Of a stretch of 64,000 nt of DNA, positions 10,627-19,367 are shown one piece after another. The stretch is taken from the NCBI GenBank assembly GCA_030672305.1, contig DAOVGR010000064.1, forward strand, positions 33,080 to 97,079. The letters are read 5' to 3'. Both the position numbers and the translations under genes were made by a program. Source of the stretch: Thermoplasmatales archaeon. Lineage in GTDB: Archaea; Thermoplasmatota; E2; DHVEG-1. How positions within the stretch are numbered: position 1 is the first letter of the stretch; each line of letters begins with the position of its first letter. The notes under the pieces are model-generated. The model searched no databases. It saw nothing but the letters and a program-made list of their open reading frames with translations, and had not been told where the DNA came from.

Positions 10627-10950
10627 ATGGAAATACCGATAAATAATAAGATTGGAGATATATATTCCGATCTTATAGAAACACAATGCTCAATAGATTA
10701 TGATAAATTGAGACCAACAGATATTACACGACATATTTTAATGATATTTGAAGAAAGAAATCTCAAAGATTTAACAGTAGATATAGTACACGGACTTATA
10801 CAAAAAATACATGAAAACTTCGAAGTACATGATTATTGTAATATGACTGATTTTATAGGTTTTAATTTGTTAAATGAAGTTACTGAAACTATAAATTTTT
10901 ACAAGGAAAACGACAAAAATAATAATCCAGAGGAATTAAACAATGACTGA
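10627..10950 (+). CDS. Hypothetical protein
   Basis: 107-aa ORF with GGAGG SD, in operon. Confidence 0.65.
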   Translation: MEIPINNKIGDIYSDLIETQCSIDYDKLRPTDITRHILMIFEERNLKDLTVDIVHGLIQKIHENFEVHDYCNMTDFIGFNLLNEVTETINFYKENDKNNNPEELNND

Positions 10951-11158
10951 AAAAGATATACATGAAAAAGATATACATGAAGGAGAAATCCAACATCTAG
11001 TTCAATGTTATGATGAAGAAGATATGTTTGAGCATCTATCAGGGAAACCAATAAGAGAATCAGACCTGAAAAAGTATAATCTAAAAGAGGGGGATAAAAT
11101 TAGATATACTATTGATAAAGATGGATATGCAGTTGTGGTTAGCAAATTAAATGAATAA
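10943..11158 (+). CDS. Small protein with AbrB-like C-terminal half
   Basis: YNLKEGDKIRYTIDKDG resembles the AbrB core; overlaps the upstream stop. Confidence 0.5.
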   Translation: MTEKDIHEKDIHEGEIQHLVQCYDEEDMFEHLSGKPIRESDLKKYNLKEGDKIRYTIDKDGYAVVVSKLNE

Positions 11159-11301
11159 ATCCTTCCTGTAATAGTTCCAATATCAGGGAAAAAGCAACAA
11201 AATCACCAAAATATATTTGCAATAGATGCAAGGAAGAATTTGATAAACCAGAAACATGATTTTTGTTTCCATACCTGTTGCTTCTGGTTAGTATAGTTAT
11301 T

Positions 11302-11799
11302 TTAAAATGAAATCGTTCTATATAAAGCAATTATTGCAACTATTATTACAAACAAAATTAAGAAATATCTTACTAATCTTATGTGTTTTTTTAGCTTTGG
11401 TTCTAGGATTTTTTCACTATATTTTATCAACTTATCACTTGAATTGGGTGACATAAATGCAAAAGTAAAAATTGCAGTCAATACAATAAAGGTAGTTATA
11501 AAATCAATGTCTGAGATTGGTTCGCCCTCGGTATTTACAAAGTGTAATAGAAGTAAACTAAACATGTAGGAACTGAAAAATCCCCAAAAATTGATAAAAT
11601 AATCATTTTCTGTTCTTGTTAAATAGATGTAATATAAGATCGCAAACAGGATGAATAAACTAAATAAAGGGATTATCGACTGCTTTGAATACGCTAAAAG
11701 AAAACCACTTATTATTAGAAAAACTTGCATTATTCTTTCTCTTGTCTGAATTTCCCGATAACGTTTCTCATCTTTCATTGTATTTTTCTTCCTCAACAA
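11302..11799 (-). CDS. Hypothetical multi-TM membrane protein
   Basis: About five hydrophobic segments. Confidence 0.7.
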   Translation of the reverse strand: MLRKKNTMKDEKRYREIQTRERIMQVFLIISGFLLAYSKQSIIPLFSLFILFAILYYIYLTRTENDYFINFWGFFSSYMFSLLLLHFVNTEGEPISDIDFITTFIVLTAIFTFAFMSPNSSDKLIKYSEKILEPKLKKHIRLVRYFLILFVIIVAIIALYRTISF

Positions 11800-11853
11800 T
11801 TATAATTATTCAAATGAGTAATAGTTAATTATACTATTTAAAAATAACAGAAA

Positions 11854-11959
11854 TGCCGTCATTTTAACACAGCTGAAGATCCTGCAGAAGACTATTTTGC
11901 CGTCAAAAAACTCCACGTGGAGTCAGGATCTGTGCGATATCACTTTCAAAATGACGACA
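11854..11959 (-). repeat. Phased palindromic site C, inverted copy of site A
   Basis: TGCCGTCA at 11854 and 11898, TGACGACA at 11952; 73/106 identical to 17565-17670 in reverse complement. Confidence 0.9.
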
Positions 11960-12136
11960 TTTTAGCATTCTGGGTTTAAAGAAAAACCTTTTTTCGCAGA
12001 TACAGTAAAAAAACAGATACAACTAAACCTATCATTGGAAAAGTTATCTCACAGCAAAAATCAGTCATATCCAATAGATTCATTATATTTACTCCATTAA
12101 CTTTCCATCTTTTTCTAATATTGTTTATTTGTTTCA

Positions 12137-12544
12137 TTAATTCCCTTTTAGTTTTAAAACACAGCCATATTCAACATAGAAATAATATTCAACATCGGGA
12201 TAAATAAAAATTAGTTCATTTATCTCCTTAGTTTCAAACCAGGCACAAACCCCAAAATCTGGATCAGAATTAGTAAAAATATTGACATCCCCACCGGTAC
12301 CAATAATTGATGATATCGCTTTTTCAACCTCTATTTTTCCTGAATCTGGAAAAACACATTCCGGGAATACCACAGTATTATATCGATTTCCCCCGGAACC
12401 TTCCGCATTTAATTGTTGTTTAAAATTACACGAATCATTAAAAAAACCTAGGCAACCTGAAAAAGCAGATACAATAATAAATAAAACTATTAGAATAAGA
12501 GAGATACTGGATTTCTTACTAATATTTCTGATACCTTTTTTCAT
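12137..12544 (-). CDS. Putative lipoprotein
   Basis: Basic N-terminus, hydrophobic core, FSGC lipobox-like motif. Confidence 0.65.
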   Translation of the reverse strand: MKKGIRNISKKSSISLILIVLFIIVSAFSGCLGFFNDSCNFKQQLNAEGSGGNRYNTVVFPECVFPDSGKIEVEKAISSIIGTGGDVNIFTNSDPDFGVCAWFETKEINELIFIYPDVEYYFYVEYGCVLKLKGN

Positions 12545-12614
12545 CTTTTATCAACTCTATACGATTAAATATACCTCACCACACCACACCAAAAAATAGA
12601 CAGAATTATACTTG

Positions 12615-12785
12615 TTAATCTTCCTCGACTATGACATAAACAGATTTACCTATCAACTCAAAGGGTAATGTGACCTTACCGCTCGAACTATTAGATTTGT
12701 GTACTCTCCGTTGATAGATCTGTTCAAATTTGATTTCTTTAAGAACCAATTGACCTTGAGTTTTTTTTACTGTCATGGTTGCCAT
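12615..12785 (-). CDS. DUF2080-like (AbrB-fold) small protein (not in track)
   Basis: MATMTVKKTQGQLVLKEIKFEQIYQRRVHKSNSSSGKVTLPFELIGKSVYVIVEED; paralog at 29146-29310. Confidence 0.75.
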   Translation of the reverse strand: MATMTVKKTQGQLVLKEIKFEQIYQRRVHKSNSSSGKVTLPFELIGKSVYVIVEED

Positions 12786-12908
12786 CTGTCCTAAATATAT
12801 AGCCTATAATTAGAATGAATATAGTCTACAATATTAATATTTTTCGAACCTGAAGAAGATAAGGAGGGATTGAAAAAACATGTTATCATAAAAGTATTCA
12901 TATTAAAA

Positions 12909-13004
12909 TGCCGTCAAAACAAACCATGATCAAGATCTGGCCATGCTGGAAATGACGGCAAAATAGCATGGTCCAGGATCTAGATCTATATCAAAATGAC
13001 GGCA
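12909..13004. repeat. Phased palindromic site B
   Basis: TGCCGTCA 12909, TGACGGCA 12953 and 12997 (44-bp steps); 46/52 identical to part of site D in reverse complement. Confidence 0.9.
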
Positions 13005-13089
13005 AAACACTATTTAGATATCATTATAAAAATTAATGTGAAGATATCTACCACGTGGGCCCAAGAATCAAATAATGATAGATTGAAGA

Positions 13090-13790
13090 TAAAGTATTAG
13101 AGATCAATTAATCAATATACTATAATGATATCACACTCTATGGTAGGATACACAATCAGAAAAATAATACAAAACAAGTAATTACTTCAAGAGATTAGTA
13201 TTGAATAAACAAGAAAATTATAAGAAATATTGAGAAACTCATTCATCAGATCCTGGTCCTTCTTATCTAGATGATAGAAGATTAGAGATCAATAAATCTA
13301 TAGTATTAATGATATCTCTCTCTATGGTAGGATACACTAAGAAAGATTCATAATAAAATACAAGATTATATCTAGAAAAATTCTAATAAAATTGAAAGAT
13401 TAATGCAAGACTATGCAAGATTTCCATTTTCTTTTATATCAATCGATGGCTCATCCAGAACTCTATATTGACCATGGCCTAATCTAGATGATAAAGATTA
13501 GAGATCAATTAAGTCATTACAATTACTTATAATATATTTCCCATCCCATTAGTTGTTTTAAAAGGTTAGTTAGTTATCACTTCTTCATTATTCTGAAGAA
13601 ATTCACCATGAATATCACATACACTTTGATAACTTGCCTTGTATTTTTTAAATAGAAGATTAGAGATAAGAAAGTCAATACAATTAATTAATAATATCTT
13701 TCCCATCCCATTAGTTGTTTTATAAAAACATACATACATACCAAATCAACCATTACTCCTGTAAAAATTAAAAAATAAATGTACACAATG
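13090..13790 (-). repeat. Non-coding tandem array of element 1, four units
   Basis: ATTAGAG-anchored repeats at 13096, 13281, 13497, 13659; homologous to 26700-27720. Confidence 0.9.
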
Positions 13791-13836
13791 GTAGGTTTTA
13801 AATATTTTAGATCTACTTCGATCTATGTTTTAGTAT

Positions 13837-14232
13837 CTATTTATCTTTCTTAACAAATCTACCCGTATTATCCCGTGGTTGATCTATCTTATTACCACGG
13901 ACAAAACGACCATGACCATTCCGACCACTACCATCTATAGACACATCTGAATCTTTATCGTCTAACTCCAAGAGTTTATGTTCTAAGTTCCTAGTCCTCT
14001 CTTTTTCATCATAATAAGAATTCTTCCAAGAGTCCACAGATTTTTCCAGATCTTTAATCCTTGAATGAGTTTTTTCTAACTCTAGGAGTTTATTCCTGAT
14101 TGCATCTGTATACAGATTAAAATATTTCTTTCCTTCAAATTTAATAAAACCGTGGTCAATAAGAGACACCAATGATTCCTCGCTATCTACAAAGATTACT
14201 TTTTTACCACGGACCGTATTAGTCATTTCCAA
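13837..14232 (-). CDS. Coiled-coil protein with two C-terminal GRFV motifs
   Basis: RNGHGRFVRGN and RDNTGRFV; function unknown. Confidence 0.65.
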   Translation of the reverse strand: MEMTNTVRGKKVIFVDSEESLVSLIDHGFIKFEGKKYFNLYTDAIRNKLLELEKTHSRIKDLEKSVDSWKNSYYDEKERTRNLEHKLLELDDKDSDVSIDGSGRNGHGRFVRGNKIDQPRDNTGRFVKKDK

Positions 14233-14242
14233 TTATACCTCC

Positions 14243-14470
14243 TCAATTTCTTTTTATAAATTTTTTAAATTTTACAACATTAATCGCGTGTACTCCTCTA
14301 TGATCTTCAACCAAGTCAAAGACCACAGGATCATCTTTTTTAAGAAAAACAGGAATGTTAGATACATCTGATTTATGAAAGAAAATACCCACGGAGTCAC
14401 CATTTGAATCACTACTATTGATGAATCCGTATCCCTTTTGAAGATTAAATGATTTAATTATTCCATTCAT
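14243..14470 (-). CDS. Cold-shock domain (CspA-like) protein
   Basis: GIIKSFNLQKGYGFI (RNP-1) and IFFHKSD (RNP-2). Confidence 0.9.
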   Translation of the reverse strand: MNGIIKSFNLQKGYGFINSSDSNGDSVGIFFHKSDVSNIPVFLKKDDPVVFDLVEDHRGVHAINVVKFKKFIKRN

Positions 14471-14473
14471 GTT

Positions 14474-14815
14474 TTATATTCTCCTGAAAGAATTTGAAAT
14501 AGGATTAAAATTTACAACATAGACCTCTGGATTTGAAGAAGACGGATTTTTAGGGTTGATTTCATCCCATTTCCTAAAAAATTCCTCCCGGGTATAACCT
14601 CCCTCACACCAAGCATCCTTGTCAGAAATATCAAGTAAAAATTCTTTATGAACACTAATTATGAAGAGCTCTGCGAAAAACTCTTTAGAAAGCATCTTTG
14701 TTTTTGCTTTATGAATAGATCCAGGTTTACAACGTGGTTTTTTCCAGATACATCTAGTCTGGATTTTAAGGCCCTGTTGAATCAGTCCTATATGCTCAGG
14801 TTTAAACAAAATCAT
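14474..14815 (-). CDS. ASCH domain protein
   Basis: LFKPEH...GLKIQTR ASCH motif, DAWCEGG; 90/113 identical to 26321-26665. Confidence 0.85.
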   Translation of the reverse strand: MILFKPEHIGLIQQGLKIQTRCIWKKPRCKPGSIHKAKTKMLSKEFFAELFIISVHKEFLLDISDKDAWCEGGYTREEFFRKWDEINPKNPSSSNPEVYVVNFNPISNSFRRI

Positions 14816-14933
14816 TATTTCATATCCTTACAATTTCGTGGGTTTCCAACATTTACCATCAAATAAATAGGGGCACCCACAACAATTTTTACTCCCCTGA
14901 TAATCACTACAATCATTCATTTTTTCAGATCCA

Positions 14934-16916
14934 TTATTTACCATCTAAATCCTCCCTATTTTCATTAAAATAATTATCATCAGAATCAATTTTTAAAGTA
15001 GTTTCAAAAGAAGAATCTGAAACAACTTGTTTCAAAATCCTTTCAATACGATCTATGTCTTTCAAGCTTTTTTTATTCATCCGTCTAGCAATTTGCAGGG
15101 CAGGTAATTTTTCAGATCCTAGAATTTTTTCTATTTGCTGAATTGTCATCTTATATTTTGATAAATCAATTTCTGGACCTGTTTTTTCAACAGTAGTATT
15201 TTCATTTTGAATCGTTTCTAACGTTTTCTGTTGATCTTCTTTATTTATCTTTTCTAATTTATCTAAATCTCTCTCTTCAAAATATTTACTATACCGTTTT
15301 TCGTCTCTCTCACGTAAATATTGCCTTAAAACTAAGAAAACCGCGAAAACCTTCCTGTTGAATGGTATTTCATGGCCTAAGAAAACCAAAGAAAACCCAT
15401 CGTCCTTCTTATTTTTTGGTTTTCTTGGTTTTATTTTATTATCAGAAAACCACTTTTCTAAGATATCGTCATCGTCGGTTTTCTTGGTATTCTTGGTTTT
15501 ATTAATGATTTTATCTATTTTTTGTTGTATCTCATACCATGTCGGGATAGCATTGAAATTTAATCCTGGTGAATATTGATAAGTAACGATGTTTTTGTTA
15601 GCATTTTCATCTGGCCTCTGACTTTTAACTACTAATTTTGTTTTAACTATCTTTGCTAAATTTCTATAAAGCCAATCTTTGCTTTTATCACATTTAAGAA
15701 AAATCTCTGCGACGCTCATTGGTTCGACGTTTTCTTGAAGTATTGTAAGGACATCTCGGTACTCCTTACTCATTGGTATCATTTTAGGATTTGAAGTAGT
15801 ATAGATCAACACTAATCTCGCGATCATATAGTCATCTGGTGTTGTAATCAGTTCTCCGTTCTCTGTTTTTTTCCTCTGGGCTTGATGAAAAACAGCACTT
15901 GCACAAATATAAATTAAAAATCTATGAAAATGAGTTCTCATAAGAATGTCATCTGGAAAAAAATGCTGTATTAATTCAGCATAAGGTATTATCACAGAAT
16001 ATGAATCTAAACTAATCAAAGCACTTCTCAGAATATTGTCAGGTTTATTGATTTCCCTTCCTGTAAATGCTTTTGAAATTTTATCCTTGACTCTCTTTGT
16101 TTGATCTATGGTATCGTTTAAACTTCCTATTGGAAAACGTCTTAATCCCTCGTCTTCAAGGTTCGCATGGTGAGAAGTAAGAATCATACAGGGTTTACCG
16201 TTGACTATAGGTTCTATGACTTTTTGATCTTTCAGCACTGCTGCTTTAGAATTTCCACTAGCCATTACCTTAAAAGTAGAGCAATTTAGAAGATCTTGAG
16301 TAATATCTTCAAAATGAATTACTTTTCCATCCCAACTCCAATCTTTTTCATCAGCATGCCAATAGGTAAATACTTGATTGCTCATTTTTGTTACATGTAA
16401 ATGATTTTTTTCTGGAATTATTGTTTTAAGGACTTTTTTTGTAGTATGATCTTTTCCTATACCTGTTGTATCAGATAATAGTAAATTTCTGCTTTCTGGT
16501 GTTGCATTTTTAACTAAACGAGTTGACGCAATAATTATTAATGTAATTATTGTGTCTTCTTCACCGGCTACACCGTTATTCTGCACTTCTTTAATTGTTT
16601 TGATTAAGAGTTCAGGATCTTTAAGAAATTTTTTTTGTTTTTCATGTTCATCTTTAATAATTTCTTTTGCAGGTTTAAACTCTGATTCTTTGAATTCTTC
16701 CGGGGTAACAAAATAAGTTTTTCTCCAACATCCACCTTTGGACTTATGCAGGCAACGTCCAATTTTACGGCCAATTTTATCTTTTTTAATTGGATGGTTT
16801 TTTGGTATTTTTTTACCGCATCTAAAACACTGTAATTGTTTTTTCTTTTCTTCTAGTTCTTTCTGTCTTTCTAGTTCTCTGATTTTCAGATCCTTAACTG
16901 TTTTCTTAGAATTCAT
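14934..16916 (-). CDS. Putative replication protein: N-terminal Zn finger, P-loop NTPase, HTH-like C-terminus
   Basis: CFRC...CLHKSKGGC; DTTGIGKD Walker-A-like; VIHFED Walker-B-like. Confidence 0.6.
   Translation of the reverse strand: MNSKKTVKDLKIRELERQKELEEKKKQLQCFRCGKKIPKNHPIKKDKIGRKIGRCLHKSKGGCWRKTYFVTPEEFKESEFKPAKEIIKDEHEKQKKFLKDPELLIKTIKEVQNNGVAGEEDTIITLIIIASTRLVKNATPESRNLLLSDTTGIGKDHTTKKVLKTIIPEKNHLHVTKMSNQVFTYWHADEKDWSWDGKVIHFEDITQDLLNCSTFKVMASGNSKAAVLKDQKVIEPIVNGKPCMILTSHHANLEDEGLRRFPIGSLNDTIDQTKRVKDKISKAFTGREINKPDNILRSALISLDSYSVIIPYAELIQHFFPDDILMRTHFHRFLIYICASAVFHQAQRKKTENGELITTPDDYMIARLVLIYTTSNPKMIPMSKEYRDVLTILQENVEPMSVAEIFLKCDKSKDWLYRNLAKIVKTKLVVKSQRPDENANKNIVTYQYSPGLNFNAIPTWYEIQQKIDKIINKTKNTKKTDDDDILEKWFSDNKIKPRKPKNKKDDGFSLVFLGHEIPFNRKVFAVFLVLRQYLRERDEKRYSKYFEERDLDKLEKINKEDQQKTLETIQNENTTVEKTGPEIDLSKYKMTIQQIEKILGSEKLPALQIARRMNKKSLKDIDRIERILKQVVSDSSFETTLKIDSDDNYFNENREDLDGK
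15334..15503. repeat. Convergent 9-bp iteron-like repeats inside the rep ORF, putative origin of element 1
   Basis: AAGAAAACC at 15334, 15379, 15389; GGTTTTCTT at 15418, 15477; variants at 15343, 15427, 15443, 15486, 15495. Confidence 0.6.
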
Positions 16917-17041
16917 GGTGTGAGTCTCCGATGTCTTTCCTCCATACGATCAATTATGTTCTTCATCATTTGAATGTCTGATTCCATAGATGCTAGTTTA
17001 AGCCTCATTAGTTCCAAGTCGTTCAAAGTCTGTGTTTGCAT
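16913..17041 (-). CDS. Small coiled-coil protein
   Basis: Likely ATG at 17041 after GGAGGT; heptad pattern. Confidence 0.55.
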   Translation of the reverse strand: MQTQTLNDLELMRLKLASMESDIQMMKNIIDRMEERHRRLTP

Positions 17042-17045
17042 CCCA

Positions 17046-17288
17046 TCAACCTCCGTTTCTCCTTCTGTTTTCATCAGAAAATTTTCTATCTTTATGGATA
17101 TCCAAGATTTCTTCAATTCTAATACTTTTAAAACCGCCGTCTTTGTGTAATTTCAGTAAAATAGTTTCTTGAGTTACCTCTATTAACTCTCCAAAAAAGA
17201 AGTATGGTATTTCCCTAAAGCGATTTGGTACCCCGATACAAACAAAAAATCCAATAAAACTAACTAAATTCTGCCGTTGCATCCCCAA
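17046..17288 (-). CDS. Sm/LSm-like small protein
   Basis: FFGELIEVTQETILLK...IRIEEILDI fits an Sm-fold pattern; paralog at 24050-24286. Confidence 0.55.
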   Translation of the reverse strand: MGMQRQNLVSFIGFFVCIGVPNRFREIPYFFFGELIEVTQETILLKLHKDGGFKSIRIEEILDIHKDRKFSDENRRRNGG

Positions 17289-17564
17289 CTCGCCTCACTT
17301 TTTTTATCTTATTTTGTGTCTTTTTCATTTCCACTCACCATCATTTACATCTTATTTTTTTTAGGTGAGATCCCGATCCCTTCCACAAAATCAATTTTTT
17401 AACTCAGATATTTGTTGATTAATATTTTCTAATGCCTCTTTTACCGTCAGACCTGTTTCTTCGAACAATTCATTTGCGGTCCGATATTTGGTAAAATCCA
17501 TCATTGCTAAAAAGAGTTAACCGGAATTATATAATACTCTCTATTTTTTCAAAAAATATGGTTT

Positions 17565-17670
17565 TGCCGTCAAATTGAAGTTGATATCGACTGGATCCTG
17601 CGATGGTCCATGTTGTTTTGACGGCAAAAAGGTGTTCTGCAGGATCTCAACGTGCATCAAAATGACGGCA
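17565..17670 (+). repeat. Phased palindromic site A, just downstream of integrase 1
   Basis: TGCCGTCA 17565, TGACGGCA 17619 and 17663 (54 and 44 bp steps). Confidence 0.9.
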
Positions 17671-17716
17671 AAATAAATTCTAGTAAATTATCTCAAATTA
17701 ATAAAATTACAGAAAA

Positions 17717-18982
17717 TCATTTAGAATTCAACTTATTTTTGATTTTTTCTTGTTCTACTTGCATTTCCAATAATTTAAGCAAGTGTTCTTTTTGATTCAT
17801 CAAAAATTCCATTTTTCCCATCTTTTCCTGCAATTCTTTTATCTGTATATCTTTTTCATCAAGCCGTTTCGTCGTCTCTGTTGATGTATCAGATTCAAAG
17901 ATTAATAAACAACTGGCATGTGTATCATATTCAGTTTTCAATTTGGTCTCCATAACTTTATTCTCAAATTTATATATGTTATCTAAAAATGTAGTGTGAC
18001 CTCCCATGTAGTTTATGAATTCTTCATTTGTCCGGTCAAACATTAAATTTGTAAACCAGAAACGACGGATACTGTGAACATTATACATATATCTGGGGTA
18101 TTGTAATTTTGGATTGTTATCTTTTTTATTGTACGGGTGTCCTGCTTTTTCGAGTAGATTCTCCCACATTCTTCGAGCCGTAACATAATCAAAAGGAAAT
18201 ATCCTTTTTTCTAATTGAATAATTTCTTCTTTTGTAAGTTCCTCCCCATCTTTAGAAATAATCCAATTATTATAAACAATACCGTTTGATTCTGCAACCT
18301 TCTTCTTGGTTAAAGTATAACCCATTTTTTCAAATTGATTTCTTACAAATACACTGGTTTTATAGCGTTTCTGTAGCATCCGCTTTCTTTCAGGTATCCA
18401 AAGCTCTAATAGTTCTTTGGCTTCGGTTGTAAAAAAGGTATATCTTGGTATCTCAAATTTTGCTTTATCTGTTAGCATTACCTTTTTTTCGTTTAAATCA
18501 ATGTCATCAAATGTCAGGTTCAATGCTTCATCAATTCTTAGCCCTGTTGATGCTAATAATACAAATAAAGACCGTGATTTTACACCTGTAGCATAGCTTA
18601 AAATCTTTTTAAGGTCATTACCTGTCGGAGTTTCTTTCTTCGTCAAAGGTCTACTTCCTCCTTTTTTCAGGTTATTTCTGATTTGTAGATCTTCCCATGT
18701 TAACTCAGGTATATCGATTCTATTTCTTGTCAAGAACTTTTTTAGTATTGATAACATTGTTTTCTGGGTTTTCTTAGGTTTATCCTCTATCTTTTTAGCA
18801 TATTCAAATAAGAGGTTCTGTATTTCTTCTAGTGGTAGTTGTACTAATTCATCTGGTTCTTTTTTAATCCTTTCAAAAAAAGCTTTCAAATATACTCTTA
18901 CAGTATCTCGTGAATCTTTATTTTTGTAGTATTTCACAAGATATGATTCTATTATTTTTGGATGCCAATCATGGGTTCTCAT
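17717..18982 (-). CDS. Tyrosine recombinase/integrase of element 1
   Basis: STGLRIDE, HSIRRFW, MGGH and downstream Tyr; C-terminal coiled coil. Confidence 0.93.
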   Translation of the reverse strand: MRTHDWHPKIIESYLVKYYKNKDSRDTVRVYLKAFFERIKKEPDELVQLPLEEIQNLLFEYAKKIEDKPKKTQKTMLSILKKFLTRNRIDIPELTWEDLQIRNNLKKGGSRPLTKKETPTGNDLKKILSYATGVKSRSLFVLLASTGLRIDEALNLTFDDIDLNEKKVMLTDKAKFEIPRYTFFTTEAKELLELWIPERKRMLQKRYKTSVFVRNQFEKMGYTLTKKKVAESNGIVYNNWIISKDGEELTKEEIIQLEKRIFPFDYVTARRMWENLLEKAGHPYNKKDNNPKLQYPRYMYNVHSIRRFWFTNLMFDRTNEEFINYMGGHTTFLDNIYKFENKVMETKLKTEYDTHASCLLIFESDTSTETTKRLDEKDIQIKELQEKMGKMEFLMNQKEHLLKLLEMQVEQEKIKNKLNSK

Positions 18983-19029
18983 TTAATAATTCACCAATGC
19001 TGTAATGCACCCAAAGTTAAAATACTTTC

Positions 19030-19329
19030 TTATTGCTTACGCTTTCCAAATTCCTTTTTTCGTTCTTTTGATGTTAAACCTGTGGCTTCTAAAAGGAATT
19101 CATTCCATTTTTTTATGATACTTGGGTCGCCATATACTTTTTTAGGTGGTTCAATATCTATAGCAAGAAAGTTTTTATCCTGTTTCATATCAATTTTTCC
19201 AATACCTTCGACCTCAAATGTTAATCCTTCAAATATGTCTCCTTTTGTTCCAAAATATCTCTGAATTAATGAGTTGATATCTGCATTATGACCTTTCTTA
19301 ATCCTATATTCTCGCATGTACAATCCCAT
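19030..19329 (-). CDS. DUF5611-like conserved archaeal protein, integration target of element 1
   Basis: MREYRIKKGH...FLLEATGLTSKERKK; likely start ATG 19317. Confidence 0.65.
   Translation of the reverse strand: MGLYMREYRIKKGHNADINSLIQRYFGTKGDIFEGLTFEVEGIGKIDMKQDKNFLAIDIEPPKKVYGDPSIIKKWNEFLLEATGLTSKERKKEFGKRKQ
19046..19059. repeat. att core of element 1, integrase-proximal copy
   Basis: CCAAATTCCTTTTT within the last codons (KEFG) of the host gene. Confidence 0.85.
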
Positions 19330-19367
19330 CCAGACATCTAAATCCCAAATATTAAATTTTGGTTTTT

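Larger units (their letters stand above)
7925..19059 (-). mobile_element. Integrative element 1 (~11.1 kb), tyrosine-integrase type
   Basis: Exact 14-bp direct repeat CCAAATTCCTTTTT at both ends, integrase next to the right end, replication and regulatory genes inside. Confidence 0.88.

Noticed and set aside
13090-13790. TIGR-type guide array or box C/D array
   Set aside because: Units are far longer than the ~36-nt TIGR unit, no regular C/D boxes, and no Nop-domain protein recognised.
11854-17670. Casposon or IS with terminal inverted repeats
   Set aside because: No Cas1-like, PolB or DDE transposase gene between the repeats and no target-site duplication noticed.
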